From positions 81,654,001 through 81,718,000 of the forward strand of contig NC_043006.1 of NCBI RefSeq assembly GCF_006345805.1: a DNA stretch of 64,000 bases, read 5' to 3'. How positions within the stretch are numbered: the first letter of the stretch is position 1; every line of letters begins with the position of its first letter. Source of the DNA: Octopus sinensis (taxonomy: Eukaryota). Both the position numbers and the translations under genes were made by a program. Below, one piece after another: positions 25,793 to 38,645 of the stretch. The notes beneath the pieces are model-generated. The model had not been told where the DNA came from and searched no databases. It saw nothing but the letters and a program-made list of their open reading frames with translations.

Positions 25793-26203
25793 ACTCTTAC
25801 TGTTTACTCTTTTACTTGTTTCAGTCATTTGACTGCGGCCATGCTGGAGCACCGCCTTTAGTCGAGCAAATCGACCCGGGACTTATTCTTTGTAAGCCCA
25901 GTACTTATTCTATCGGTCTCTTTTGCCGTACCGCTAAGTGACGGGGACGTAAACACATCAGCGTCGGTTGTCAAGCAATGCTAGGGGGACAAACAAAGAC
26001 ACACAAACACACACATACATATATATATATATATACATATATACGACAGGCTTCTTTCAGTTTCCGTCTACCAAATCTACTCACAAGGCATTGGTCAGCC
26101 CGGGGCTATAGCAGAAGACATTTGCCCAAGATGCCACGCAGTGGGACTGAACCCGGAACCATGTGGCTGGTTAGCAAGCTACTTACCACACAACCACTCC
26201 TGC

Positions 26204-26251
<48 letters not shown>

Positions 26252-26659
26252 CTCTTACTGTTTACTCTTTTACTTGTTTCAGTCATTTGACTGCGGCCAT
26301 GCTGGAGCACCGCCTTTAGTCGAGCAAATCGACCCGGGACTTATTCTTTGTAAGCCCAGTACTTATTCTATCGGTCTCTTTTGCCGTACCGCTAAGTGAC
26401 GGGGACGTAAACACATCAGCGTCGGTTGTCAAGCAATGCTAGGGGGACAAACAAAGACACACAAACACACACATACATATATATATATATACATATATAC
26501 GACAGGCTTCTTTCAGTTTCCGTCTACCAAATCTACTCACAAGGCATTGGTCAGCCCGGGGCTATAGCAGAAGACATTTGCCCAAGATGCCACGCAGTGG
26601 GACTGAACCCGGAACCATGTGGCTGGTTAGCAAGCTACTTACCACACAACCACTCCTGC
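25793..26659 (-). mobile_element. Two near-identical tandem family B SINEs (25793-26203, 26251-26659) separated by (TA)n
   Basis: Period about 458 bp; the copies share private variants and differ visibly only in TA tract length. Confidence 0.9.
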
Positions 26660-26661
26660 AT

Positions 26662-26713
<52 letters not shown>

Positions 26714-26716
<3 letters not shown>

Positions 26717-26840
26717 CGTGTCCACAAAGTCTGGGTACATGGAGTAAATAAAATCATAACATATAGAATTAAATATAAGAAATGATAATTTCTTAAAGTA
26801 TGTGTTAATCCCCATGTACCCAGACATTGTAGACACCTTG
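26714..26840. mobile_element. 127-bp Tc1/mariner-type MITE in a TA tract
   Basis: 29-bp TIRs CAGCGTGTCCACAAAGTCTGGGTACATGG vs CAAGGTGTCTACAATGTCTGGGTACATGG (4 mismatches); TA flanks. Confidence 0.8.
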
Positions 26841-27452
26841 TATATATATCAGCCGAAATTGCGAGGATGATCCGGTTCTTGACTGAAGAATGTCCCGTCC
26901 GTGTTTTTTGTATCGTCTTCTTGTTTTGCGTTCTTGACCCAGTTTGTATTTTATATATATAATATATATATATATATATCTTAGGATGCTGGGACTCACG
27001 AAGGAAATGACAGTGGACCGAGATGCGGTTCTAGAGAAGACCCGTCTACGAATTTGAGTGTTACAAGAGTTGTGTCCCACCTACGTGTAACAAAGAACTT
27101 TTCACCCACTCTCCTCTAAGAAACCGAAATACAATTCCTCTTCTAAGTGCATTTTTGCTCTTCCTCACTTTTCCTCTTCATAAATTATGATTGTTTTCCA
27201 ATCCCCTTCCTTGCCATCACTGACATGCTCACTGTATCACTACTCCCCACACCACCAACACTCAAACCCGCACCCTATTTTTCTACCCAGGTTCTACGCT
27301 AATATCTTTGTTACTTGTAAGTACACCCTACAATACTCCATCTCTCTTCTGCTCTCTCTTCCACTTTTGCTGTTTCCTACTCTCTCTCTCTCTCTCTTTC
27401 TCTCCTTTTTCTCTCTCTCTCTTTCTCCCCTTTCTCTCTCTTTCTCTCCTTT

Positions 27453-27483
<31 letters not shown>

Positions 27484-27519
27484 GTCTCTGTCTCACTTTT
27501 CCTCTGACTAGGGACCTAC

Positions 27520-27887
27520 AGCGGGTAGGTGAGGCCTTAAGGGATTACGAAGCGGTGGCAGGAGCAAAAATCAACCGGGATAAATCGGTCGGCTTGCAAC
27601 TCCGCACCTGGATGGGCAAGTCCATGCCTTCCGACAGAGTCGTAAGACGTTGGACGGAAGGGCCGGTGAAAATGCTTGGAGTCTGGTTAGGTCCAGATCT
27701 CCAGATAGAGAAGAATTGGAGCGAGGTGGCGAATAAGGTAGCTCTCCTAACTCAGATCTGGGAGGGTGGAGGTTGCAGAGGTGTTTATCGCCTCTGTAAT
27801 CACTTATCGCCTGACCGTCATGCCTTGCTCCGATTCGTGGCTGAACAAGCGGGAACGCATGTTCTTTCGTTTTTTGTGGAGGGGCAG
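27520..27887 (+). mobile_element. Tx1/L1-clade LINE reverse transcriptase (thumb) fragment
   Basis: YEAVAGAKINRDKS...PVKMLGVWLG...KNWSEVANKV...W / FIASVITYRLTVMP...FFRFLWRG. Confidence 0.85.
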
Positions 27888-28410
27888 CAATTTTGTAATA
27901 TTTTTTATACACATCCTTTTACACGCTTACATTTTTATCGCCTTAAAAATATTTTCCACTGGAAGCAATGCATCGGTCCAGGGGCGTTTTCCTCTGTTCG
28001 AAGCAGTTCTGGAACTCTTGCGAAATGATGTTTTTTAATGCCTCCGTCGGTCTTTTCAGCACTTCTTCCTCCACATCTGCAAATCCGGTAGCACCAGCCT
28101 TTGCCACCAATGATAACCTTCGATAAAATGGTCCGGATCAACTTCCAACTGTTCTTTCAGTTCAAGACCCGCATTCAGTCGTGACTGCTTTTGATCTTTA
28201 GTGAGCAAGCGAGGCACAACTTTTGCTGCAACTTTTTTCATTCGCAATTCTTCGCTTAGAATTCGTTAGCAGGAGCTCGAGCACACACCAGTCATATCAA
28301 CAAGTTCATCAATTGTTCGGTGACATTCTTTCAAGATCAGTTCATGAATTTCCATGATGTTTTTATCCATTGGGGATCTCGACGGTCGTCCCGAATGAGG
28401 TTGGGCTTCA
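27888..28410 (-). mobile_element. Internally deleted mariner transposase pseudogene
   Basis: GRPS...RTIDELVDMTG..SC*RILSEELRMKKVAAKVVPRLLTKDQKQSR...LSKVIIGGKGWCY fused directly to C-terminal ADVEEV..EFQNCFEQ..DRCIASSGKYF*GDK. Confidence 0.85.
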
Positions 28411-28418
28411 AATGCTTA

Positions 28419-28802
28419 TCAGTATTTGCAAAGGGAAATCTTCGTTCCCATCGCTAGCCTGACGTGATACACACTGACCCGGATTTCTAAGTAGTAACCT
28501 GTCGTCAGCGCGTGACAATCACTGGCTAGGGATGAAAAGTGATATTTCCAATGCAAATATATATACTTCACGATGTCGTGATGCTACTGTTTGGAGATTT
28601 ATTATTGCTTGTTCTTCCTTTTTCGAGATCAGTGACTTTTGTCACTGGAAAAGTATATATATATTTGCATTGGAAATATCACTTCTTATTCCTAGCCGGT
28701 GATTGTCACGCGCTGGCGACAGGTTACTACTTAGAAACCCGGGCCAATGTGTATCACGTCAGGCTAGGGATGGTAATCATGATTTCTCTTTGCAAACAAT
28801 GA
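28419..28802. mobile_element. Foldback/MITE-like palindromic element (about 150-bp arms)
   Basis: 28419-28568 is the imperfect reverse complement of 28651-28802; small internal hairpin CAGTGAC-TTTT-GTCACTG. Confidence 0.75.
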
Positions 28803-28896
28803 CAGGGCACAGACAGTGTGTCATTAGCCAGCTGGAGATGTCTTCCTGGAGCTATAAATTACAGTAGCATCGTCCCACATGGGTCAGCCATAATTA

Positions 28897-29120
28897 TATA
28901 TGTACATATATATATATAAATACATATATATTATACATATATATACATACATACATATACACACATATATATATCACACACATATATATACATATATATA
29001 CAATATATAATATATATTATATATATATATATAATATATATATATATATACTATATATATATATACATATATAATATATACATATATATATATATACATA
29101 TATATATTACATACACATGT
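28897..29120. repeat. Degenerate (TA)n/(TACA)n tract
   Basis: Direct. Confidence 0.9.
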
Positions 29121-29964
29121 ATTACCATTTTATATTTACATTCTGGAATATTTAAATACTAAAGAACGTATTCATTAACATAGATGAAGTTTAGTATATA
29201 GAATAGCGTTATGTGCTGAGAGTTCTATCTCGTAACATACAAGGAGACTCGGTTATGCATATCTAGGATATAATCGTTTATCCGTAGGATTTGGAAACGC
29301 CGCTTGGGGGCATCAATACCAACACTGCCAGGAAAGCAACAGATGTCTGATTCTGTTTCCATGTTGTTATCTAATCCTTTTTTTAGGTTGTACTTCTGTA
29401 CACGTTCTTATGTATGTAAATTATTCCGTACTAAATCTCAACCACTTACGTTATAGCTAATAAAAATATATAAGTATGCGTGCATGTGTATGTGTGTGTG
29501 AATATATATAAATCCGACAGGAACTGTTTTAATGCCAAAAGGTAATATTTATCACCATTTAAAAGTGGATTTTAAGTCCACGCAGCTGGGAAAATGAGCA
29601 GTTCCTGTATTTCCAAGAGCCAGCCTGGTCACATTCTGTGTCACGCTGAATCTCCTCGCGAACTACGTTAAGCGAACGCATGTCCATGGAGTGCTCAACC
29701 ACAAGCAGTGTCGGTTACGATGACGAGTGTTCCAGTTGATCCGATCGACGGAACAGCCTGCTCGTGGACTTGGCATGTACGTAGCAGAACACTCCAGAGA
29801 TATGCCTACCATTAACATTGTTCTCAGATAAATTCAGTGTAATGCAGAATGTGATGAGGCTTGCCTTTTGAAATACAAATACTACATATTTTTGTCGACT
29901 ATGTAGACTAAAGCAGCTTGAAATAAATTGTCTTGCGCAAAAATGCAATAGATCGTTAGCCACC

Positions 29965-30143
29965 ACTTTTTTTCTCTTCTTGTTTCACTCTTTGTTTTTT
30001 CTCTGTCCCTTTCTGTAGAAGAGCGTAGGCTCGAAACGTAAAATACTTTTTTCTATTCCTGAGCGTTATACTAATACATATGTTTGTTTAGTACACCACC
30101 TGTCTTCGTCTTTTGTTGCTTTTTTTTTTCGTAAACTCTCCCT
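29965..30143 (+). mobile_element. Short PLE-like repeat with variant hammerhead-like motif (30009-30043)
   Basis: TTT-CTGTAGA-A-GAGC GTAG GCTC-GAAAC-GTA-AAA; the 3' end abuts (TA)n; homologs at 46987-47160 and 50522-50720. Confidence 0.65.
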
Positions 30144-30147
30144 ATAT

Positions 30148-30187
<40 letters not shown>

Positions 30188-30189
30188 CG

Positions 30190-30410
30190 TGCATATATGG
30201 GCACCGGATATCAACATCGGTTCAAACAACATGAAATGCCTAAACTAACAGTTTAAATACATAAACGAGAAAAAATGGAGAACTGGACAAGTAAACACAT
30301 AGAAAGGACCCTTCATCAGTTGTCGGCTTTCTGTATACTCCACATTTCGAACAATATGATTCAACGACAGTATGAATCTTCAAAGACAGTTGCTCCCATA
30401 AATTCAAAAA
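30190..30410 (-). mobile_element. PLE-like repeat with degenerate hammerhead-like motif (homolog 46415-46625)
   Basis: Minus strand CTGTC-TTTGAAGA...GAAAT-GTGGA-GTA-TACAG..CTGATGAAGGG; lies between TA tracts. Confidence 0.55.
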
Positions 30411-30424
30411 TATGTATGTTTATG

Positions 30425-30511
<87 letters not shown>

Positions 30512-30634
30512 ATATATATATATATGTATGTGTATATATATATATATATATATCTGTGTGTGTGTGTGTGTATGTATATATATGCATGTGCTTATATATA
30601 TATATGCATATATATATACATACGAATATATATA

Positions 30635-30779
30635 TGGATAACATCGGTGGCGTGGAGAGGGGAGGCTGGTATGCATGAGTGACTGCTGGTCTTCCATAAA
30701 CAACCTTGCCCGGACTTGTTGCCTGGGAGGGTAACTTTTTAGGTGCAATCCCATTGTCAGTCATGACCGAAGGGAGTCA
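30635..30779 (+). mobile_element. 3' tail of family D SINE (homolog of 52200-52345)
   Basis: TGGATAACATCGGTGGCGTGGAGAGGGGAGGCTGGTATGCATG..CATGACCGAAGGGAGTC. Confidence 0.8.
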
Positions 30780-31311
30780 CAACAGATGTGTGTTTGTATA
30801 CAGAAGCATATATGCTCACATATATATTACTCAAATGTGTTTTACTCAAACGAATTGGACCAAACTCAGAATGATTCGTAAGGCTCATGAAACAGAGAAG
30901 ATAAAATGAGTATAAATTCGACTGAACGAATACTCTCATCCAGCCATTCAGTTACACTTATATATACGTATTCTTTGATCATTTCCACAATAGACTTCAG
31001 CAAATCTAAGCAAGTTGTTGTGCATGTGTATGCGTGTATATGTATATAATGAGCATGCGTGGGTCTATATCTCACCTTGGTCTTCTTCAATCGATTCTCA
31101 TTCTTCATTCATTCACTCCTTCCTTTATCTCAAGCCTGTACGATTACCATTATTAGATTATCAGGTCTGCCAAGTGAGGATAATTCAAAACATCCGTGTG
31201 TCTTTGATATTACGGAAATGAAGAAATAAATTGCCCAAGCATAATATATTGCATGGTGGAATATGCATACGCACACGGTCATATTTTCGCACACAATGTA
31301 TTGCGCCCTCC

Positions 31312-31357
<46 letters not shown>

Positions 31358-31359
31358 TA

Positions 31360-31412
<53 letters not shown>

Positions 31413-31503
31413 CATATATATATATATAGATAATGCGTGTGGTGTGTGTGTGTATGTATTTATAGTATATGTATATGTATGTATATATATATATATATAT
31501 ATT

Positions 31504-32110
31504 CAAAATTTAGAGGACTGACCACCAAAAATGAACAGCCTGTATGCTAGATATAGACGTCAAAATCGCCATTTTCCACGAAGAATATGTTCTCAGGAAA
31601 AAAATCAGCAAAAAACCAAAGTGTAAAAATAAGCAAGACAAATGAAAATATACGAAATAAAAAACGATTACCTATGTACTAGTTAGTTTCACTTGTTAAT
31701 ATTTACGTATAATGGACACGTATAATCTGCAAGATCATCGGCATAGTCTGTCGTTTACAAAACACAATTTCCAGAACTAGATACAGAACGCTCAACCGAA
31801 ATCCAGCATGTATCAAGTTCTACAAATTATATTTATGTGTATCCTTCAAATGCCTTCACTTTGGCGCGTGGAGATCGGAAATTACTCTGCAGTTAATAAA
31901 CTACAGCAGTCAATTTACCGGCTAGAGAACATTTTAAAAAATTAAATAAGGGTAGAAATGTTAATCAATTAAAACCAGTGGCCTAGCATATTTTAAAAAA
32001 ATCCGAAGATAAAATTTTTTTTACATACAAAATTTAGAGGATTGACCACTAAAAATGGACAGCCTGTATGCTAGATATAGACGTCAAAATTGCCATTTTC
32101 CACGAAGAAT
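31504..32110 (-). mobile_element. 607-bp non-coding element with 83-bp direct terminal repeats and a hammerhead ribozyme (retrozyme/PLE-like)
   Basis: 31504-31586 is nearly identical to 32028-32110 (period 524); TA-rich tracts on both sides. Confidence 0.7.
31672..31746 (-). ncRNA. Type I hammerhead ribozyme-like motif (U4C core)
   Basis: CUAUG-CCGAUGA-UCUUG[loop]CAAGU-GAAAC-UAACUA-GUA-CAUAG; perfect 5-bp stem I. Confidence 0.65.
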
Positions 32111-32307
32111 GTATATGTATGTATATACAATTATATATGTATGTATATGTGTATATGTATATTTACGTATCCATATATATATATGGATACGTAAATATAC
32201 ATATACATACATATATAAATGTATATACATAATATATACATACATATATAATACACACACAGATATATATATATATATATATATAGATAATATATATATA
32301 TATATAT

Positions 32308-32356
<49 letters not shown>

Positions 32357-32764
32357 TATATTATATATATATCTATATATATATATCTATACAAATTGAG
32401 ATAGGGGTTGTGAGTGCAACCCACCATGGGATAACATATATCCAATATACTGCCAGTAAAGCATCCAACAAAGTTAATACGTAAATGTTAAGAAATGCGA
32501 TGCAATTAATTCATTTATTGTATTATATGGGCGAAGGTAAAATGTTTTACCACAAATTAATAATACAAAATAAGAAAATGGAGAAATACACCTTAATCAA
32601 TACTCAACTACCAGATAATACCCAGTCACATAATTTATTAACCCACTACATATGAATATCAAGGTCAAACATAATAGTACAGAACAAAACAATGCTCATC
32701 AATGAGTAATATGATACAATACGTACAATATGTATAAGTAAATATAGATAAATATAAATATAAA

Positions 32765-32900
32765 CTACATCTTACAGCTATTTCAGCCATATAGATATGG
32801 GTATCTCATTGTGCTTATATTAGCCAGGTGTGATGAGTTAATATGTGGTTATAAATGAGACACTTACAAAAATATCCCAAGGCCTCTTCAGAGATTATAA
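32765..32900 (-). ncRNA. Minimal type I hammerhead ribozyme motif
   Basis: UUAUAAUCU-CUGAAGA-GGCC[~90 nt]GGCU-GAAAU-AGCU-GUA-AGAUGUAG; palindromic AGCU loop 3. Confidence 0.7.
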
Positions 32901-34342
32901 AGTACAATCTAAATATGAATATCAGAGGAGGTACACCCATGCAAGAGTGGGTACATACCCATAATATATAATATACACATACATATGAGTGCATGTACCA
33001 ATGCTTCTATATATATACACACATATACATAATAATATATAATAATATACATATATTCTATATTCAAGGTTACAGTTAGTCAAATCAATATATTAGAATA
33101 TTACAATATACAAACATACACATATCTATATGCAAAAGTACATACACAAAGTCAAGAGTTCATTATATTAAGTTACAAATTGCCATTAATATTACTATCA
33201 TTATTATCACCGTTACCACTATTGTTATTAATATTATTAATATTATTATTAATAATAATAATAATAATACCAGTAAAACAATATGTGCAACATGCGGTTC
33301 ACAGTACATGTTATGTGGAAAAAATCAGGTAGAATACATCAACAGCATTATATAGTGAAATAGCAACATAATAATAATAACAACAATAATAATACCGTAC
33401 AATGCAAAACATTATAGATCATCAAATACATATAAAATGAAAAATATTGATTTACATCATAGCAAAATCCAGAAGTGTACATGCATATAAACGCATACTA
33501 GTCAGAGTTTTTGACGGTGATATATATTAAGTAGTAAGTTTAGAAATAGTTTATGATTGAAAGCTCAATACGATTGGCTGGCACATTTGAATTTCAATTG
33601 TCTTCGTTACGGTTGGTTTATTAAGAAATACTTACATACATACACACGTATATGTGCGCTTACACATATATACATGGATAAACCAAAATACTGAAAATAC
33701 AAGCTTACATACACACATACATGCTTACATACATAACTACTCACGTATATATCCATATATCCAAATACGTATACCCAAAAGCAGCCACGCACACATATAT
33801 GTATATATATACATACACATACATACTGTTAACTAAAATAGTATTAAGAATCATAAAATTAGGATAATATTAAATGTTAAGACAACGAAAGGGTTGGAAG
33901 GGTAATTCGTAATATACAAAAAAGAGTGGCCTAAAAGGGTAGAAAAACTTAAGGGTTAATGAAAGGCAAAGGTTGGAAAATATTCCGATAAAATGTATAA
34001 GAAGGGTATAAACTCAATACACATATTTACCATAACCAATGTAAAGATGATGTACGTTATTTGCATAAGGTGCATAATTAAAAATTACACCACATATTTC
34101 GTAAACAATCATAATACTATGAAACCGTCCAGATATCAACACTTTCAAATGTGTTCCCACTCAAACCTCAACTCTGCACAAACGCAACTCAGCACACCAC
34201 ACACATACACACACACATAAGCAGCGGTAAGTAAATTGTCTAAATTACGCAAAAATGAAAATAACACTGACATCTCATTTTAACAGATATATTTACGAAA
34301 GTTACATAAAAGTATCTTGAAATATTAAACAATAGATTTATT

Positions 34343-34648
34343 CTTTCACCACGACCTCCAGACGACTTCGGAATCTCCTGCAACTCTTCAGGACGATCGC
34401 CTTGTTTACGTAGATGAATATTGCCATAATCCTTGTCTTAAGTTCATCTTTGCTGTTACAAGGAGTTTTGTGGGTCTCTCGCTCAACTGTACCCCACACA
34501 TAATAATCAAGGGGGTTGCAGTCTGAAGCGTTAGGTGGCCTGATGTTAGGGGTGATGTGGTCGTAGAAATTGTCTGACAGCCATGACTAAGTTCTGCTTG
34601 TGTGGCATGGTGCAGAGACCTGTTGCCAGACAGAGTTCTGTTCCAGCA
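34343..34648 (-). mobile_element. maT-like (DD37D-type) Tc1/mariner transposase C-terminal fragment
   Basis: VWQQVSAPCHTSRT*SWLSDNFYDHITPNIRPPNASDCNPLDYYVWGTVERETHKTPCNSKDELKTRI...SCRRFRSRLEVVVK; 36 residues between the degenerate second D position and the NPLD aspartate. Confidence 0.85.
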
Positions 34649-34819
34649 GGTATATTAAGCGTGGGAGCCCATGTTACGGGAGTTTATACGCCCTAATATG
34701 AGACTATTTCCTCTAGTGATGATACGATGGAGGTTTATAATTCTATTTGCAAAATTTCGATCGCCATCGTTTCTTAATTCATGCACATTTCCACACACAC
34801 ACATATATATATGCATATA

Positions 34820-34878
<59 letters not shown>

Positions 34879-35579
34879 GCAATAATGTTGTGTATATATA
34901 TGTGTGTGTATATAATATAATGTGTATATATATATATATGGGTGTGTTGTGTGTATATAATATAATGTGTGTATATATATATATATAATATATATATTGT
35001 GGTGTGTGTGTGTGTGTGTATATATATATTTATAATATATATATATATGCAATAATGTGTATAGATATAATCTATACACACACGCACATATACAGATCTG
35101 CAAGACAAAACAAAAGTTTATTAATTCATATACGTATGTATGGTTATATACATGTGTGTGTGTGTGTGGTGGTGTATATAATATATTATATATATTTATA
35201 TGGCAATAATGTGTATAGATATATATCTATACACACACGCACATATACAGATCTGCAAGACAAAACAAAAGTTTATTAATTCATATACGTATGTATGGTT
35301 ATATACATGTGTGTGTGTGTGTGTGTATTAACAGAGGCGAAGAAAAATAACTGAAAGTTAGTAGCATGAATTATGTTATGTTTAATTGGTATTAAGGTTG
35401 TTACTGGACGTTGTACAAAATGTGTTCATAATTCATTAATATTTTTCTTGGGGTTACATTCAGAAAACAAACTCACGAGCAACTTTTGACGATGGTAATA
35501 GTAAATAATTTGAAGAAATTAAGAAATTGTCGACTTGATTTTCATGCTAGAAAAACTAAAATCATTTCTTTGCTTACAG

Positions 35580-35598
35580 AGAGTGAACAACTATGGAC
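35580..35598 (+). other. Candidate 19-nt exon
   Basis: aactaaaatcatttctttgcttacag|AGAGTGAACAACTATGGAC|gtaagg in unique sequence. Confidence 0.3.
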
Positions 35599-35641
35599 GT
35601 AAGGCTTTGTTTCTTTAGTGATCGACATAATTTAGTCTCTA

Positions 35642-36035
35642 GGGCATCGAGCTGGCACAATCGTTAGCACGCTGGGCTAAATGCTTAGCAGTATATCGTC
35701 TGTCGCTATGTTCTGAGTTCAAATTCCGCCGAGGTTGACTTTGCCTTTCATCTTTTCGGGGTCGATTAAATAAGTACCAGTTACGCACTAGGGTCGATAT
35801 AATCGACTTAATCCGTTTGTCTGTCCTTGTTTATCCTCTCTGTGTTTAGCCCCTTGTGTGTAGTAAAGAAACAGGTATTTCGCCTGTTGCTACGTTTTGG
35901 GTGCAAATTCGGTCGAAGTCGACTTTACTTTTCATCCTTTCGGGGTCGATAAATTAAGTACCAGTGGAGCACTGAAATAGATGTAATCGACGAGTTCCTT
36001 CCTCTCATATTTCAGGACTCGTGCCTATTGTAGAA
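35642..36035 (+). mobile_element. Dimeric family A SINE
   Basis: Monomer, then junction AGTAAAGAAACAGGTATTTCGCCTG, then headless monomer with alternative tail. Confidence 0.85.
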
Positions 36036-37312
36036 AGTCCTACCTCGCTTCATAAGGAGTAATTTTCCTAATTTAAATCTAAAAGTACCCCAGCGGTATA
36101 CATTTTGATACTTACATTAAATGAATTTAACGACTGCCGTACACGACACTTTTATATTAATAAAAGCGAAATTCTGTATATCCGTCTAAATAGACATATT
36201 ATACATATTTGGAATGAGGATGATCTAGAGATTAAAAATCTGCCATTCATTTGGTTCTTGAACATCCAGCATTGGAATCTGATTTAAAAGCATTTGGGTT
36301 GCCATTTTGTTGGCATTTGACAGATGATGTCAGAGATCAAAGAGGAGATAAATGACATTCACTTCGTTAACTTTACGCCGAGATAAGAACTTTGGGACAA
36401 ATTGGCCAACAATTTGAATTCAACTGAGGACTGGAACAATAGAATGATTGCATTACAGAATTAACTCTCGTCCGTCCTTAATCTCTGATCAAACACCACC
36501 TGGGCATATAGTCATTATAGACATATTATAGTCATGCTATTTAGCTCTCTTTAGTTTGGGGCTACAAGCCCAATCAGCCCTCCGCAGGAGCTAGCTTAAA
36601 AGTCCTCAGTCAGTGCGGCTTTTAAAATTGTTCTTAATATATTGAAATTTCTGAATTGCAGTCAGAAAAGGAACCACTTGCAGTAAATGATAGCGACTTT
36701 GAAGGAGAAAGGAGATAAATTCCAGAATTTGATCAAGCTTTACTTTGCTTTGCTTGCAACGAACGGAACAACCTGATCTTTGTTTGCACGTACGGCACAT
36801 CTATGAATGTTTCCGTGTCTCTATAACCGCGTCAGTGTAATTTAGTCCTACCTACCTATCCTGTCAACCAGAGATTTTTATATTCTTATATATAGAGAAC
36901 GGTTTTACTACATTCTTCACTGTAGATAATTAACTCTGTACGTGTGAATGTGTGTACATGTATTTATGAATCTAAATGTATTTATATCGGCATACATATC
37001 GGCGTACATCTGTATATGTGTGTATGTGTGTGCGTGTGTGTGGGTGCGCATATATATATTATATATATATATACTCGTCATTTTAAAACTGATGTAATAC
37101 TTACAGTGTTTAATAAAATGAAGTAGCATGAAACGATTGTACTACACTACATTGGATATCAGTGTTGCTTATTTTGATTATAATCACCCCATTTGATTTA
37201 TATGGATAATACCATACCAAATTCTGGTGCCTTTAACTTAAGTACTATACTCATCTGAATCTAAATTTTGCTGAAATTACACACACACAACACACACACA
37301 CACAACACATAT

Positions 37313-37345
<33 letters not shown>

Positions 37346-37593
37346 TTATATATATGTTATATCTGTGTGTGTGTGCGCGCGTGTATGAAGTATAAGGAAA
37401 GGAAAAAATTGTAGTTGTAGACGATTTTTAATTCATAATCCAGGATGGTACAGATCCAGTAAAAATTCTACATATTGTTTCGCAGTTCAATTAATTCCAA
37501 AAACAAAAAACGAAAAGCTCTTCTTGAAATAAAAAATTAGATTCCTCATCAGGAATTCCACATTGGTATGAATAATTTCGACCAACAAAGACC

Positions 37594-37596
<3 letters not shown>

Positions 37597-37638
<42 letters not shown>

Positions 37639-37915
37639 GTATGTGTGTATATGTATATATATGTGTGTGTGTGTGTGTATATTTATATGTGTGTATGTGT
37701 GTGTGTATATGTGTGTGTGTATATGTGTGTGTGTGTATATATATATATATGTGTGTGTGTGTATATGTGTGTGTGTGTATATATGTGTGTGTGTATATGT
37801 GTGTGTGTGTATATATGTGTGTGTGTATATATGTGTGTCTGTGTGTGTGTATATATATGTGTGTGTGTATATATATATATGTGTGTGTGTGTATATATGT
37901 GTGTGTGTGTGTATA

Positions 37916-37946
<31 letters not shown>

Positions 37947-37960
37947 ATATATAAGTATAT
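37597..37960. repeat. (TA)n then (TG)n(TA)n compound micro/minisatellite
   Basis: Direct. Confidence 0.95.
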
Positions 37961-37986
37961 ATTTTAGTTTAGAGATAGTAGACCCC

Positions 37987-38343
37987 TACATCTCCCCAAA
38001 TAAAAATTATTTTTATTTTTATTTTAAATACCTACTGTTTTATTACTTGGAAACACGTGTTTCATGAGGTACATCCACGGGTTCCTAAGCCACTCTTCAT
38101 TAAACATACATATTTTACACATATTTAAGGGTTTTAAAAAAGTAAAATATAATTTATTGTATTGAACGTTGATGAAATTATATAAGGGCCTGATAATTGG
38201 GGTGGCATTTTGAGAGGGGTTCCAGGGAAACACGGGGTGTGTTAGGAGCCCGAGGATGTACCTCATGAAACACGTGTTTCCAAGTAATAAAACAGTAGGT
38301 ATTTAAAATAAAAATAAAAATTCTTTTTATTTGGTGAGATGTA
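37987..38343 (+). mobile_element. Inverted-repeat PLE-like insert (arms 37987-38088 / 38242-38343) with degenerate hammerhead
   Basis: About 100-bp inverted arms; CTGATAA (38190), long stem II, GAAAC-ACGT-GTT (38267-38278). Confidence 0.6.
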
Positions 38344-38439
38344 TATATTTCTTCCTTGGGAATAATTTGTACCTCTCGTATGCAGGATTTTTATTCCCTA
38401 AAAAATATATTTAAATAAATATATATATGTAATTATATG

Positions 38440-38493
<54 letters not shown>

Positions 38494-38645
38494 ATTTGTT
38501 GAAATAGAAAGATGAATTTTCTTGTTACGGATTATTCAAAAGTTTAACCGATACCTGGGTAGCAAAAATCACAGCAGAAAAAAGCACAGTTGGAGATAAG
38601 ACTATTTGGTGTTGCAACCGTGCGTTGGTGCGGATAATTGAAGTT

